DNA from: a virus
Lineage: Duplodnaviria > Caudoviricetes
Strand: one strand, 5' to 3'
IMG/VR virus record: IMGVR_UViG_3300025030_000023
Location: 1 to 53,596 of that record
Length of the DNA: 53,596 nt
A program made the translations under genes and the position numbers. This document shows, one piece after another, positions 35,359 to 45,384 of this stretch. The notes beneath the pieces were generated by a model, which was not told the origin of the DNA, searched no databases, and was given only the letters and a program-made list of their open reading frames with translations. Numbering within the stretch: the stretch's first letter is position 1; every line of letters begins with the position of its first letter.

Positions 35359-36036
35359 GTGTACCCCATTTCGATACGGTATGACAAGGATTTAGGCAGT
35401 CTTGCAATCAACGCCCGTATGCTCTACGGCGCGGGATATTGGGACTTTGCCAATGGGGTTGAGTCGGCAGAGGACACGGCCAATTGTCGCGTGTTCCTTG
35501 CGGAACTCCCCACGTCTTCGCTTACCCAATCGTGGTACACGGTAGACGTTACCCTTCCCGCAGCTCCCGGCCCTTTCCCTATTGAGATATTCGATGGCAA
35601 CGGGGATTTGATAGGTGATGACCTCGCCCCAGGCACGGCGGCAGGGTCAACGGGCGGAGCAGGGTCAACAGCGGCAGGCATCACCCGTGAACAGTTGGCA
35701 ATCAAGGTGCTATCGGTACTTGGAGTTTACGAGCGAAGCGGCCTTGACGCAGAAGACCAGCAGAACGTACTTGACGCCTACGACGCAGTTTATCAGGAGT
35801 TGAAAGACGATGGTTTGGTTACATGGGCGCAGGGCGACGGCGAGGCTATCCCTGTTCGGTTCATGAACTCCATTATTGCCATTGTAGCGGCAACGGATGT
35901 GCTGTTAGGTTCATACCCTCAAGATTCCCTCAGCACCCAACGGATCATGGCGGGATCGGTGGCAGCGCAGCGCAGAATCAGGCGGCAGTTGGCAAGCGCG
36001 CAGGATACGGAAACCACCACAGTGGAGTATTTCTGA
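35359..36036 (+). CDS. Head-tail adaptor-like protein
   Basis: TREQLAIKVLSVLGV...C-terminal VEYF; position. Confidence 0.6.
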   Translation: MYPISIRYDKDLGSLAINARMLYGAGYWDFANGVESAEDTANCRVFLAELPTSSLTQSWYTVDVTLPAAPGPFPIEIFDGNGDLIGDDLAPGTAAGSTGGAGSTAAGITREQLAIKVLSVLGVYERSGLDAEDQQNVLDAYDAVYQELKDDGLVTWAQGDGEAIPVRFMNSIIAIVAATDVLLGSYPQDSLSTQRIMAGSVAAQRRIRRQLASAQDTETTTVEYF

Positions 36037-36281
36037 TGGGCCAAGCAGCGAAAATAGCCAAACTGAAGATAGCCCCGAAGTACAACCAACAAGTGGTTGA
36101 TACTCTGGAGACGCTCCTTGAACAGGCGAAACGGGGCGAAATCACTGAGTTAATGGCAACCACGAAGTGGAATGACGGCGACTATACCCATTGTTGGACC
36201 GGCTGTGAAAACCTGATGGAACTGGTAGAAGTGTTAGAAAGGCAGAAATTGCAGGCACTACGCAGGATGGACACGGAATAA
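36036..36281 (+). CDS. Hypothetical protein
   Basis: VVDTLETLLEQAKRGEI; coupled at both ends. Confidence 0.6.
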   Translation: MGQAAKIAKLKIAPKYNQQVVDTLETLLEQAKRGEITELMATTKWNDGDYTHCWTGCENLMELVEVLERQKLQALRRMDTE

Positions 36282-37726
36282 TGCCAAAAATCCCCCTCGC
36301 ATTCGGTCAAATGGACCTTGAGAATGATCAGACCAGCCGCAAGGACACGGTTCTGGCTCATCTCATAAACGGCTTCCGTGTCGGTACAAGCCTGCACATG
36401 TGGCCGGACCATGCAGAGTACTGCGATTTAGGGGAAGGTGGCGCGGTAGCGGTCTACGTGTGGCAGTCTACCCTACATGGCGTCAAATATGCCGTTTGCG
36501 CGGGGAAACTGTACCGCGTCAATGGCGAAGGGCAAAAGACGGAGATAGCCGACACCAATTTGACCTCTGGCGTACCCCCCACCTTCACCGAAGACGCACA
36601 CCATGTCTTTGTCGCCGCCGCCTCGCCAATTCACCAGATCAGTGGGGATGTTGTACTGTTCAACGCAGAGGGGGATGCACCTCTTAACGTCACCTCTCTG
36701 GCGTATCTGTCGGGATTCCTCGTGGCAAACGGAGAAGATCCAAACGGAGGAGGATTGGCGGGTGATTTCGCCTATTCCGATACCGTGGGGGAGGATGGTG
36801 TTCCAACCTATGCCGTGTGGAGTTATGAGAATAACGCCAGCAAGCCGGATGCGCTGCAAGGTCTGATTGCCACGGCGGACGATTACCTTTATGCCATCGG
36901 CACGGAGTCCGTTGATGTCTCATATATCAGCGGCAACGTGGAGAACCCCTTTACCAGCAACAAGGCAGCGGCCCAACCTTTCGGCACTCCGGAACGCCAC
37001 ACTATAGCATACGACAGCCAGTCCATTTTCTTCCTGTCTATCATCCAAGGGAACAGGCAGATAGTACGGCTGGTAGGAGGTAGAACGCCGCAAATCATCG
37101 GCTTCCCCATTGGTGTACCTGTCCAGAACGCAGATATCACAGGGGCAAGGGCGCACTTGACAGGACACAGGGGGCAAACCTTCTACATCATCACATTCCC
37201 TCAGGCCAACGTCACCATTGACGACCTGTTCTTTCCCTCCCTCACCCTTGCCTTCAATATCCGCGCTGAAGAATGGGCCATTTTGGGGCAATGGGACGAC
37301 ATGCAGGGGCGATACGGTGACTATCTCGGTCAATCCTTCGCCTATGACGGCACAACTCGCTTAGTCGGCGGCGGTGACGGCAAGGTTTATACACTAGCCG
37401 ACGAAAGCCGCGTTGACGAGCCTGTTATGATGCACCGTTGGCGTAACGATGGACGCATGGAGTGGGGCAACGCTCGCAGCATCCCTTTAGGGGCCATTGG
37501 CGACCGTATCGGACCGAAGAAACAGCGGCAGTGCGGCAGATACTACAAGCGTCAGGATGAATTCATCCTTGCCAACGGTGGGACTCGCATGTCAATCCGT
37601 ACCGGATGGCGCACATGGGGCAAACTCGGCTTGAAAATCAGCAATGAGTACGCTTACGACGTGAAGCGCGGGGATATCGGCGTGGTGTTTGACGGTGTTG
37701 AGGAAGATATCAAGGTGGTTTCGTGA
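36281..37726 (+). CDS. Tail hub / DNA-stabilisation protein (P22 gp10-like)
   Basis: Beta-propeller character, ASKPDALQG, VMMHRWRNDGRMEWGN. Confidence 0.7.
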   Translation: MPKIPLAFGQMDLENDQTSRKDTVLAHLINGFRVGTSLHMWPDHAEYCDLGEGGAVAVYVWQSTLHGVKYAVCAGKLYRVNGEGQKTEIADTNLTSGVPPTFTEDAHHVFVAAASPIHQISGDVVLFNAEGDAPLNVTSLAYLSGFLVANGEDPNGGGLAGDFAYSDTVGEDGVPTYAVWSYENNASKPDALQGLIATADDYLYAIGTESVDVSYISGNVENPFTSNKAAAQPFGTPERHTIAYDSQSIFFLSIIQGNRQIVRLVGGRTPQIIGFPIGVPVQNADITGARAHLTGHRGQTFYIITFPQANVTIDDLFFPSLTLAFNIRAEEWAILGQWDDMQGRYGDYLGQSFAYDGTTRLVGGGDGKVYTLADESRVDEPVMMHRWRNDGRMEWGNARSIPLGAIGDRIGPKKQRQCGRYYKRQDEFILANGGTRMSIRTGWRTWGKLGLKISNEYAYDVKRGDIGVVFDGVEEDIKVVS

Positions 37727-38763
37727 TAGCCAACCAGATACCCAAATCGCCGCGAGAATTGGAACAGTTCTACCGCGACCTCGTGCGGACGCTTGGCAAT
37801 TTAGCCGGTATCGCGTGGAGCCTTGTCAACAAAGCGGGGAGCCGCCTTAACGAGATCACCATTCGGCCTCACTCCGACCTTGAAGACATCCTTGATTGGC
37901 AGGACGGAGCTAACAGCCGCCATATCTCAGTTGCAGACGGCGAAGCGTGGCAATCCCACATTGAAGAGGTGAACGGCAATCCCCACGGCACCGACCATGC
38001 AATGCTTGACGCGATATCCGTGCTTGATCCCACCAGCGCAGACATAATTAAAGACCGTCATTTATCTGACGCGCAGGGTAAGGTTTGGCAGGACCACGTA
38101 GGAGCGTCACGGGACGTTCACGGCATCGGCGCAGGCAACAGCGTAGTAGGCACAGGCACGGCCCAGACCATCAGCGGCAAGAAGTATGGCAGCGATACCG
38201 ATTACAGCGAGTTTGAATCTGACGGGACGGCCCATTTTGTGGGGGACGCGACAGTCTGGAAAGATATTTTCTTCCCAATGGCACCCCCGAAGACCACAGG
38301 CGCAGGCAATCCGACACTGACAACATGGAACGGCAACCTGCGTGGCTATGTTTTTGCTGTCAACGATACCCACGACTTTGACCCTCAAGAGTTCGCCCAT
38401 GACGGCAAAGAGGGCAGTACTGCAACGTGGCACATTCACTTTGTTAGCCGAACCAACGTGGCGGCAGATAGAGCGGTCAAGTTCCAATTGGAATACTCCC
38501 AGGCCGACCGCAACGGAGTTTTCCCCGCGCCGACTACCGTGTCAACAGAGATTGTTATACCGTCAGGGACCACCGCTAACACCCACATCGCCGAAGACAT
38601 AGCCACCTTTACCACGGGCGACATTGCGGGGCAGATGTTTGTGAAACTCACCCGTATTGCGGCAGTAGGGACGGCACCGGCTGACGATCCTGTCATTATC
38701 GGCGTTCACTACCATTATGAATTGGACACCGTGGGCAGCCGCGAAATATTCAGTAAGGGGTAA
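37723..38763 (+). CDS. Virion structural protein
   Basis: NPHG/DVHG fibre-like repeats; position. Confidence 0.6.
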   Translation: MIANQIPKSPRELEQFYRDLVRTLGNLAGIAWSLVNKAGSRLNEITIRPHSDLEDILDWQDGANSRHISVADGEAWQSHIEEVNGNPHGTDHAMLDAISVLDPTSADIIKDRHLSDAQGKVWQDHVGASRDVHGIGAGNSVVGTGTAQTISGKKYGSDTDYSEFESDGTAHFVGDATVWKDIFFPMAPPKTTGAGNPTLTTWNGNLRGYVFAVNDTHDFDPQEFAHDGKEGSTATWHIHFVSRTNVAADRAVKFQLEYSQADRNGVFPAPTTVSTEIVIPSGTTANTHIAEDIATFTTGDIAGQMFVKLTRIAAVGTAPADDPVIIGVHYHYELDTVGSREIFSKG

Positions 38764-38764
38764 T

Positions 38765-39565
38765 ATGTCCGAGATTTTAGACCAAATGGAACAACTCATG
38801 GTACAAATGCCGCAATCTCCTTGCCCTGTGGTCCACACTTTCCACGATAGCGTGTATATGCGGCAAGTGTTCATGCCAGCGGGGACCGTGGCAGTGGGCC
38901 ACTATCAGCGGTTTGAGCATATCAACATATTAGTGCAGGGCGCGGTTCAAGTGAGAAATGATGATGGTTCGCTGACTGTGCTAGAAGCCCCTTTGACTTT
39001 CATCGGGCAACCAGGGCGTAAGGTAGGTCTGGTTTTGACAGACATGGTATGGATCAATGTCTACAAGACCGACATAAACGATGTGGCAGAGGCAGAAGCC
39101 TACTTTTTAGACAAGTCGCAATCAGTGCCAATCCCACAGATAGAATCAGACCGTGCATCCGACCGTGCAGATTACGCGGCCATGTTGGTTGAAGTTGGGA
39201 TAAGCGAAGAAACGGTGCGCTCACAGGCTGAGGATACCAGCGATTGCATCCCCTTTCCCTCTGGCTCTTACAGTTGCGGTGTGTTTGATTCTCCCATCAG
39301 TGGCAAAGGGCTGTTTGCAACGGCAGACTTCCCCATAGGCTCCGTTATCGCACCGGCAAGAATAGGCGACCAACGCACCCCCGCAGGGCGATATATCAAC
39401 CATAGCGCCGATCCTAATGCTGATATGGTGGAATATGGCGGCAATATATACGCTGTAGCGACAAGGGACATTGCAGGATGTCGCGCTTCACTCTTGGGTG
39501 AGGAAATCACCACGGATTACCGCAAAAACGTAGGTTTGGTAAGGAGGTTGGCATGTCAGGTATAG
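38765..39565 (+). CDS. Cupin-like plus SET-domain protein
   Basis: HTFHDSVYMRQVFMPAG..GH..H; SPISGKGLFAT, RYINHSADPN, GEEITTDY. Confidence 0.85.
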   Translation: MSEILDQMEQLMVQMPQSPCPVVHTFHDSVYMRQVFMPAGTVAVGHYQRFEHINILVQGAVQVRNDDGSLTVLEAPLTFIGQPGRKVGLVLTDMVWINVYKTDINDVAEAEAYFLDKSQSVPIPQIESDRASDRADYAAMLVEVGISEETVRSQAEDTSDCIPFPSGSYSCGVFDSPISGKGLFATADFPIGSVIAPARIGDQRTPAGRYINHSADPNADMVEYGGNIYAVATRDIAGCRASLLGEEITTDYRKNVGLVRRLACQV

Positions 39566-40449
39566 CGACGGCAGTAGCAGTAACGGGGCTTGTTGGCGCA
39601 GGTGCAAGCATGGCGGCATCCAACAGCGCATCTAAGAAAGCATCTAACGCGACCAAGTACGCCGCCGATGCTGCCAGCCAAGTGCAATGGGACATGTACG
39701 ACCAGACGCGCCAGGACTTTGACCCTTTCCGCCAACCATCGAACCGCGCCATTGCCACACTTCAGAGCGCCCTTTACGGTGGAGATTTCCAATATGACGA
39801 TCCAACCACCACGGCGCTGACCCCTGAAGAACTGGCATCAGAGAATTGGAACGCGCTCCAGGGGAAACAGTTTGATTTTGGCGCGGATTTCAGAAAGGAC
39901 ATCGGCAACGGTGAAGACCCCGCAAGCCGGTTGGCCCGTGGAATGGGTAACGGCGATTACGCAGGGGTATTGCCTTACGATGCAACCCAAGAATGGTACA
40001 AGGGCGCAGACGGCAAACTAACCAACGTGGCCCCGCAACGGCTCACAGCCACCTTCAAGCCGCAGGAGTCGGAAGGGTTCAAATACACCAAGTCGCGCAC
40101 ACTGGAGGACTTGGGCCGCTCGCTCCGCATGATGGGGAGAGGGTCCGGCACCGTTGCCGCCAACTCCACGGGGCGTACCTTGGGTGATCTGAACGCCAAC
40201 AACGAGGCTACGCAGCGTAACGAGTTGTGGAACATGGTGAAGACGGGGCAGGGCGCTGCGGGGAGCATCGCAGGGGCGGGGCAGAACGCCGCCAACAACG
40301 TTTCCAACAACACTATGAGCGCAGGTAATAACCTCGCCAATATCGCCATGACGAACGGGCAGACGCAGGCCAACCTATGGGCTGGTTTGGGCGGAACGGC
40401 GGCTAACGCGGTCGGTGCTTACCAGATGGGGCAGTATCTCAACAAGTAA
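39553..40449 (+). CDS. DNA ejection/pilot protein (P22 gp7-like)
   Basis: Gly/Ala-rich N-terminus, MYDQTRQDFDPFRQ, GQGAAG. Confidence 0.75.
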   Translation: MSGIATAVAVTGLVGAGASMAASNSASKKASNATKYAADAASQVQWDMYDQTRQDFDPFRQPSNRAIATLQSALYGGDFQYDDPTTTALTPEELASENWNALQGKQFDFGADFRKDIGNGEDPASRLARGMGNGDYAGVLPYDATQEWYKGADGKLTNVAPQRLTATFKPQESEGFKYTKSRTLEDLGRSLRMMGRGSGTVAANSTGRTLGDLNANNEATQRNELWNMVKTGQGAAGSIAGAGQNAANNVSNNTMSAGNNLANIAMTNGQTQANLWAGLGGTAANAVGAYQMGQYLNK

Positions 40450-40451
40450 CA

Positions 40452-42110
40452 ATGGGAGTCACTATGGCCGGATTCGATCCGTGGGCATCTACAAATCAGG
40501 GGCTATCCAACCTCACCAATACGCTCGGAACTCTGGCGCAACTGAAGCGGCAGGATCAGCAGTACGCCGATGAAGCGCCGTTGCGGTCACTCCAGATGCA
40601 GCAAGCGCAGCAAGGTGTAGAACAACAGGGGCTGACCCTTGCCAATCTTAAAGGGCAGCAGAACGCCATGATAGGCCGGTACGGTACCAAGGACCAAACC
40701 GATCCACTTGCCAGAGCTTATGAGTTTCAAGCTGGAGAGCAGGAGGCCGCAGAGCAGCAAAAAGCGCAGATGGAAAAACAGAAATTCGCCTTTGACGCCT
40801 TCACCAAAGTCCAGGATGCCGTCAAAAACCGCCTCATTGACCCGGCCAAGGCTGGCGACTTTTACCACACTCAGATGAAGATTGCGGGGCTGGACCTTGA
40901 CGGTGCAGGGGTGAAGATGGAGTTTATGGACAGGGGCAGTTACTTTTCCGGCCCCATCACTCCTGAGGCGCTGTTTATGGTGAACGGCAAGCCCACCCCT
41001 TACGGTGGCAACGGGACCATAGAAAAGGCGCGGATAGTGGGGCAAGATCCGCAGACCGGCAAACCTATCTTTGAGATGGATGAGCATACCGCGTTCAAAC
41101 AAGCCGAAGTTCCCAAGGAAGCCCCTGAAACATGGGGAGAACCATACCAAGATAGCATCGGTGGTAAAAAAGCGATGTTGCAAAAGAGCAGCCGTGGGCG
41201 GGTTCAGCCCGTGATTCAGGATACCAGCACTACGGTAGTGGTGAAGCCGGGCAATCATGGCAACGGACATGGTGACAGCCCTGATGAATTTTCTAAATGG
41301 TCAAAAGAAGAAAAGCAATGGTGGTTTGAAAACCAAAAGGCAACAGGTCAAAAACCCGATTTAGGCGCTGGTGGTGCGTCTTCCAAGGCGAGGCAGCAAT
41401 ACACAAGAGAATATGCTGCATGGAACAGGGGAGAAGGTGTCAGAGGCATAGACGCGGCAGTAGAAGGTGAGGCGTTCAAGGCTGATTCTGCAGCATTCAA
41501 GGCGTCTATCTCCCAGCAACAGAAACAGGTAGGTGCAATGGGGTCTTTCGTCAAGAACATGGGCGCACAGATCAGCCGTGTTGACCAACTCGCCAAAGAA
41601 CTAAGCACCTTTGATACTCGCTTGCTCAACATACCTCTCCGCGCTGTACGTGGCCGAGTAGTTGGCTCCCCACAACAGGCTAAATATGACATGTACCTTG
41701 CCGAGATAGAGAGTGAGATCGGCAAACTGGCGACCGGCTCGGCTGGCAGTGTGTCTGAACTTTCCGTGGGCGCACAAGAAAAATGGGCAAAGATCCACGA
41801 CAAGAACCTTTCCATCAAGGATATGCAATCGCTGTTAAAAGAAACCAAGCACGCTGGCGAGCTCCGCATGAAGTCTGTGCAGGAACAGCTTGAAGAAACT
41901 CGAAAACAACAGAGGAACAGGGGCAAAACGGACGTCGGGGCAGGGAATACCGAAGTTGGCACATCATTCATTGCTAGCCAGTACGATGCTTACCGGAAAG
42001 CCAACCTTCCGGATGCTGACATCCAGGGCCGCATATACTCCAAACTGAAAGCGCAGAAGTGGACGAATAAGCAGATAGCCGCCGCATGGCAGGCATACAA
42101 GGGGCAATAA
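40452..42110 (+). CDS. DNA ejection protein (gp20-like position)
   Basis: Q-rich helical; synteny. Confidence 0.6.
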   Translation: MGVTMAGFDPWASTNQGLSNLTNTLGTLAQLKRQDQQYADEAPLRSLQMQQAQQGVEQQGLTLANLKGQQNAMIGRYGTKDQTDPLARAYEFQAGEQEAAEQQKAQMEKQKFAFDAFTKVQDAVKNRLIDPAKAGDFYHTQMKIAGLDLDGAGVKMEFMDRGSYFSGPITPEALFMVNGKPTPYGGNGTIEKARIVGQDPQTGKPIFEMDEHTAFKQAEVPKEAPETWGEPYQDSIGGKKAMLQKSSRGRVQPVIQDTSTTVVVKPGNHGNGHGDSPDEFSKWSKEEKQWWFENQKATGQKPDLGAGGASSKARQQYTREYAAWNRGEGVRGIDAAVEGEAFKADSAAFKASISQQQKQVGAMGSFVKNMGAQISRVDQLAKELSTFDTRLLNIPLRAVRGRVVGSPQQAKYDMYLAEIESEIGKLATGSAGSVSELSVGAQEKWAKIHDKNLSIKDMQSLLKETKHAGELRMKSVQEQLEETRKQQRNRGKTDVGAGNTEVGTSFIASQYDAYRKANLPDADIQGRIYSKLKAQKWTNKQIAAAWQAYKGQ

Positions 42111-44890
42111 TGGGCATCCTTGACGATATCACAGCAAAAGTGGGCGGCGGATCAGGCGGCGGGATACTCGACCGGATTGCTGGACTTGGGAACGAGCGCC
42201 AATCCGAGATTGGAAAAGGCGCGAAGATGACAGGCCAAGAGGTCAAGTCGTATTCATCCAACCGCGAAGCCTTTGAATCTGATGACGGTGATACATTGGC
42301 AACCCTCAAGCGCGGAGCAAAAAAGGTTGTCAAGACCGTCATGCCCTACGTGCGGCCAGTTCTGGAAGGCGGCGGGGCGGCTCTCGGCGGGATACTCGGC
42401 GCAGGTGGTGGAGGTCTCGCAGGTTTGGCAGGAGGACCAGCCGCACCCGCTACCGTTCCCTATGGGGCTATTGCCGGTGGAGTCGCAGGGGGCGCTACCG
42501 GATACGCTACGGGGAAATACCTTGCCGACGCGATAGAAGGCGCTCCGCAGTCAGCGCCCCAAACGCTGGCCGACCTTCGCACAGGAGCCATGTACGAAAT
42601 GGGGGGGCAAGGATTGGCCGCTGTCGGCGGTAAGGTTCTGAGTGCAGGTGCAAATGCTTACCGTAAAGGGGCGACCACATTGTCTCGCAACACCCCCGCA
42701 TTGACTAAAGCGGCCATCAACCGCAAGGCCGCTGAAACCATAGCAGAGAACACCGGCCAAGGTGCTGTCTATGAAAAGAACGCGGCAGAAGCGGCAAAAG
42801 TCAACATCCCTGGATATAAACCCTCACTCGGTGAAGCCCGTAACGATCCCGCGCTGATTAAATTGCAAAGGGGCATCGAGGCGCAGACCGGCACGGCGGG
42901 GAATACCATCATTGAGCAGAGAGCCGCTAATCAAACAGCGGTCAAGGAGTATCTGGAAAACGAGTTTAAGGGCGACGAGTCCATAGATGATGTGGTAAAT
43001 GCTCTCAACCAGAAAAAGGCCCAGATAGCGGCAACCACGGCGCAGTCTGAGCGTGGAGCGGCAGGGGCTAAGGGTGCGCTTAACCCTGCCGATTCGCAGA
43101 CCGTAGGCAGAGGCATTGCCGACGAAATAGACGATGCTGTAGCCCCCCTGAAATCGGCGGAGCGCGAAGCTTGGAAGAAAGTACCAAATTACCCGATACC
43201 TTCCAACAACTTCGATGACGCCGCCGAAATGCTCAAAAACACTCCAATGGTGGCAGAGACAGAAACGGCGGTAAAAAGCATTCTCAGCTATGCCGACAGG
43301 ATGCCAAAGACCACGGAAGGGCTGCAAAGCATCGAGCGCACCATTAACGATAAGATGTTTGCACCGAATGCCGACCCCAACATCAAGCGCGTTCTCGGTC
43401 AGCTTAAAAAAGCTATTGGGGATGATTTTAAAGCAATGGGCGAGGCGGCAGACGCCGGGGATATTGCACTGTTTGAGGACAAAGTGGTCCATCCATCCAA
43501 ACTGAAGGATGAACTAGACAACCTCACAACCAGAATTGCAGAAGGCAACGTGGCAAAAGCCGCTGAACCCGACATACCGGCTATCACCACTGCGCTCCGA
43601 GACGCGGGAGACTCCCCCAATCTGTGGATGAAACAGGTGAACGAAACCGGTAAGACCTACGGTGACCGCATTGCCGCGAGGTATCAGCAGAAAATAGGCA
43701 GCGCCCCGCCTATGTTGAAAGCCGAAGACTCTCCGCTTATAAAGGGGTGGAAAGACAGACAATCGCAGATTACCAACCAATTAGATAACCTGCAACCTGC
43801 CGATGATGTGGCGACCGCATACCGCGCAGCGAAGGACGTTTCAAAGGAGCGTTTCGACCGATTCGGCAAAGGTGTAATCAGTGATGTGACACAGAGCGGC
43901 AACCAAGCCAGTGGGCGCAAACTGCCGGATGCGATGATACCCCCCAAGGTATTTACACCTGATGGTGCAGACGATTTTATCCGCGCCGTTGGCAAAGATA
44001 AAGCCGCTGCCCATGCCGACCAGTACGCCGCGCAAGATCTTTTGTCCAAAGCCAATCCATTGACTGGAGAGATACCGGCTAAGGCTGTCGCTTCGTGGCT
44101 CAACAAGAACATGGTCATGCTTCGCAAGTATGGCATATCTGGCAAGTACACCACTGTTGCCAAGGCGCAGGCACAAGCCGAGATTGCACGGGCGGCAGAG
44201 ATTGATTTCACCAAGAGTGCCGCTAGTAGAATCTTAGGATCGGATGTTGACAAGGCGATAGGCTCGGCTTTCTCCTCCAATCCTTCTAATACCGGCGCTG
44301 TAGTCGATGAACTCTTGAAGCAGATAGGAAACGACAAGCAAGGCGTGAAGGGGCTGCAAAACGCTTTCAAAGAGTTCCTTGTGTCCAAGATCGAAACCAC
44401 CGCGAAGACTATCAGCGGAGATTCTGTGATATCCCCCGCCGCCATGCAGAAGCAACTAGCCAAGTACGCCCCCGCTATGCGGAGACTTTACGCCACCGAT
44501 CCCGGCAAAATTGCAGCACTCAAGAAAGTCAGCAACGCCATTGAGATTCAAGCGCGCTCGGCTAAAACACCTGCAATCGGCAGTTCCAGCACGGCAGAAA
44601 ATAACAACGTGGCGAGGGCCATGCTTGGCAAGGTAATAGGTTTAGTCCCTGGCGGCAATTGGACTATGCAGCTTGGTAAAATCGGGCTGTCGAAACTGAA
44701 CGAGTTGAACGCGGCAGAACTCAACAAGGTTATAGTTCGCGCTCTCTACGATGCCGACTTTGCACAGACGCTTACACTCGCAGCCAAACGCTACAAACCG
44801 CAGGTAGTGGAAAAGCGTATCAATAGCCACTTGGTAACAATGGGGCTGGCGGCAATGACTGACGAGAAAAGCGGGGAATCCAAAGATTAG
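42110..44890 (+). CDS. Large DNA ejection protein (gp16-like position)
   Basis: Gly-rich hydrophobic segment, Ala-rich helical body; synteny. Confidence 0.65.
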   Translation: MGILDDITAKVGGGSGGGILDRIAGLGNERQSEIGKGAKMTGQEVKSYSSNREAFESDDGDTLATLKRGAKKVVKTVMPYVRPVLEGGGAALGGILGAGGGGLAGLAGGPAAPATVPYGAIAGGVAGGATGYATGKYLADAIEGAPQSAPQTLADLRTGAMYEMGGQGLAAVGGKVLSAGANAYRKGATTLSRNTPALTKAAINRKAAETIAENTGQGAVYEKNAAEAAKVNIPGYKPSLGEARNDPALIKLQRGIEAQTGTAGNTIIEQRAANQTAVKEYLENEFKGDESIDDVVNALNQKKAQIAATTAQSERGAAGAKGALNPADSQTVGRGIADEIDDAVAPLKSAEREAWKKVPNYPIPSNNFDDAAEMLKNTPMVAETETAVKSILSYADRMPKTTEGLQSIERTINDKMFAPNADPNIKRVLGQLKKAIGDDFKAMGEAADAGDIALFEDKVVHPSKLKDELDNLTTRIAEGNVAKAAEPDIPAITTALRDAGDSPNLWMKQVNETGKTYGDRIAARYQQKIGSAPPMLKAEDSPLIKGWKDRQSQITNQLDNLQPADDVATAYRAAKDVSKERFDRFGKGVISDVTQSGNQASGRKLPDAMIPPKVFTPDGADDFIRAVGKDKAAAHADQYAAQDLLSKANPLTGEIPAKAVASWLNKNMVMLRKYGISGKYTTVAKAQAQAEIARAAEIDFTKSAASRILGSDVDKAIGSAFSSNPSNTGAVVDELLKQIGNDKQGVKGLQNAFKEFLVSKIETTAKTISGDSVISPAAMQKQLAKYAPAMRRLYATDPGKIAALKKVSNAIEIQARSAKTPAIGSSSTAENNNVARAMLGKVIGLVPGGNWTMQLGKIGLSKLNELNAAELNKVIVRALYDADFAQTLTLAAKRYKPQVVEKRINSHLVTMGLAAMTDEKSGESKD

Positions 44891-44960
44891 TTCTAATCTT
44901 CTTGCAAACTAATGAACCAATAGTGTACTTTGCACCCATTAAACCACAAAGGAGTCACAC

Positions 44961-45080
44961 ATGCCGAAGAAGACCACTCCCGCACCGAAGAAGACAATGG
45001 CAATGGCACCGCACCCGCCCCGTTTTGGCAACATGAGCGGCGGGAAGAAAGGGACCAAGGGCGGCGGCAAGAAGTGCTAA
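44961..45080 (+). CDS. Lys/Gly-rich 39-aa peptide
   Basis: AAGGAG RBS; MPKKTTPAPKK...GGKKGTKGGGKKC. Confidence 0.55.
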   Translation: MPKKTTPAPKKTMAMAPHPPRFGNMSGGKKGTKGGGKKC

Positions 45081-45124
45081 CACTCGGGGCATCCTTGCCT
45101 CACTTCGAACACTAGGGGGCAGGG

Positions 45125-45376
45125 ATGCCAAGCGCCGAGATAATCATTTGGACGGCAATTTCGGGAATGATTGTGATGATGATAGCTCTCATCGCCTTTC
45201 TCATGAAATTCGGGCTTGACCGGATATTGACAGAGATACAGGGCTTACGCCTCGACATAAAGACCGAGAACTCGGAACGGGCCAAATTGGAGCTCCGACA
45301 GGAGCGCATGGAAACCCGATGCAAAGTGATCCACGGTGAAGACCCCATGCCGTGTAAAAGTATTCACCCCTCTTAG
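45125..45376 (+). CDS. Single-TM plus coiled-coil protein (holin-like)
   Basis: IIIWTAISGMIVMMIALIAFLM followed by a coiled coil. Confidence 0.6.
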   Translation: MPSAEIIIWTAISGMIVMMIALIAFLMKFGLDRILTEIQGLRLDIKTENSERAKLELRQERMETRCKVIHGEDPMPCKSIHPS

Positions 45377-45384
45377 GAGCCACC

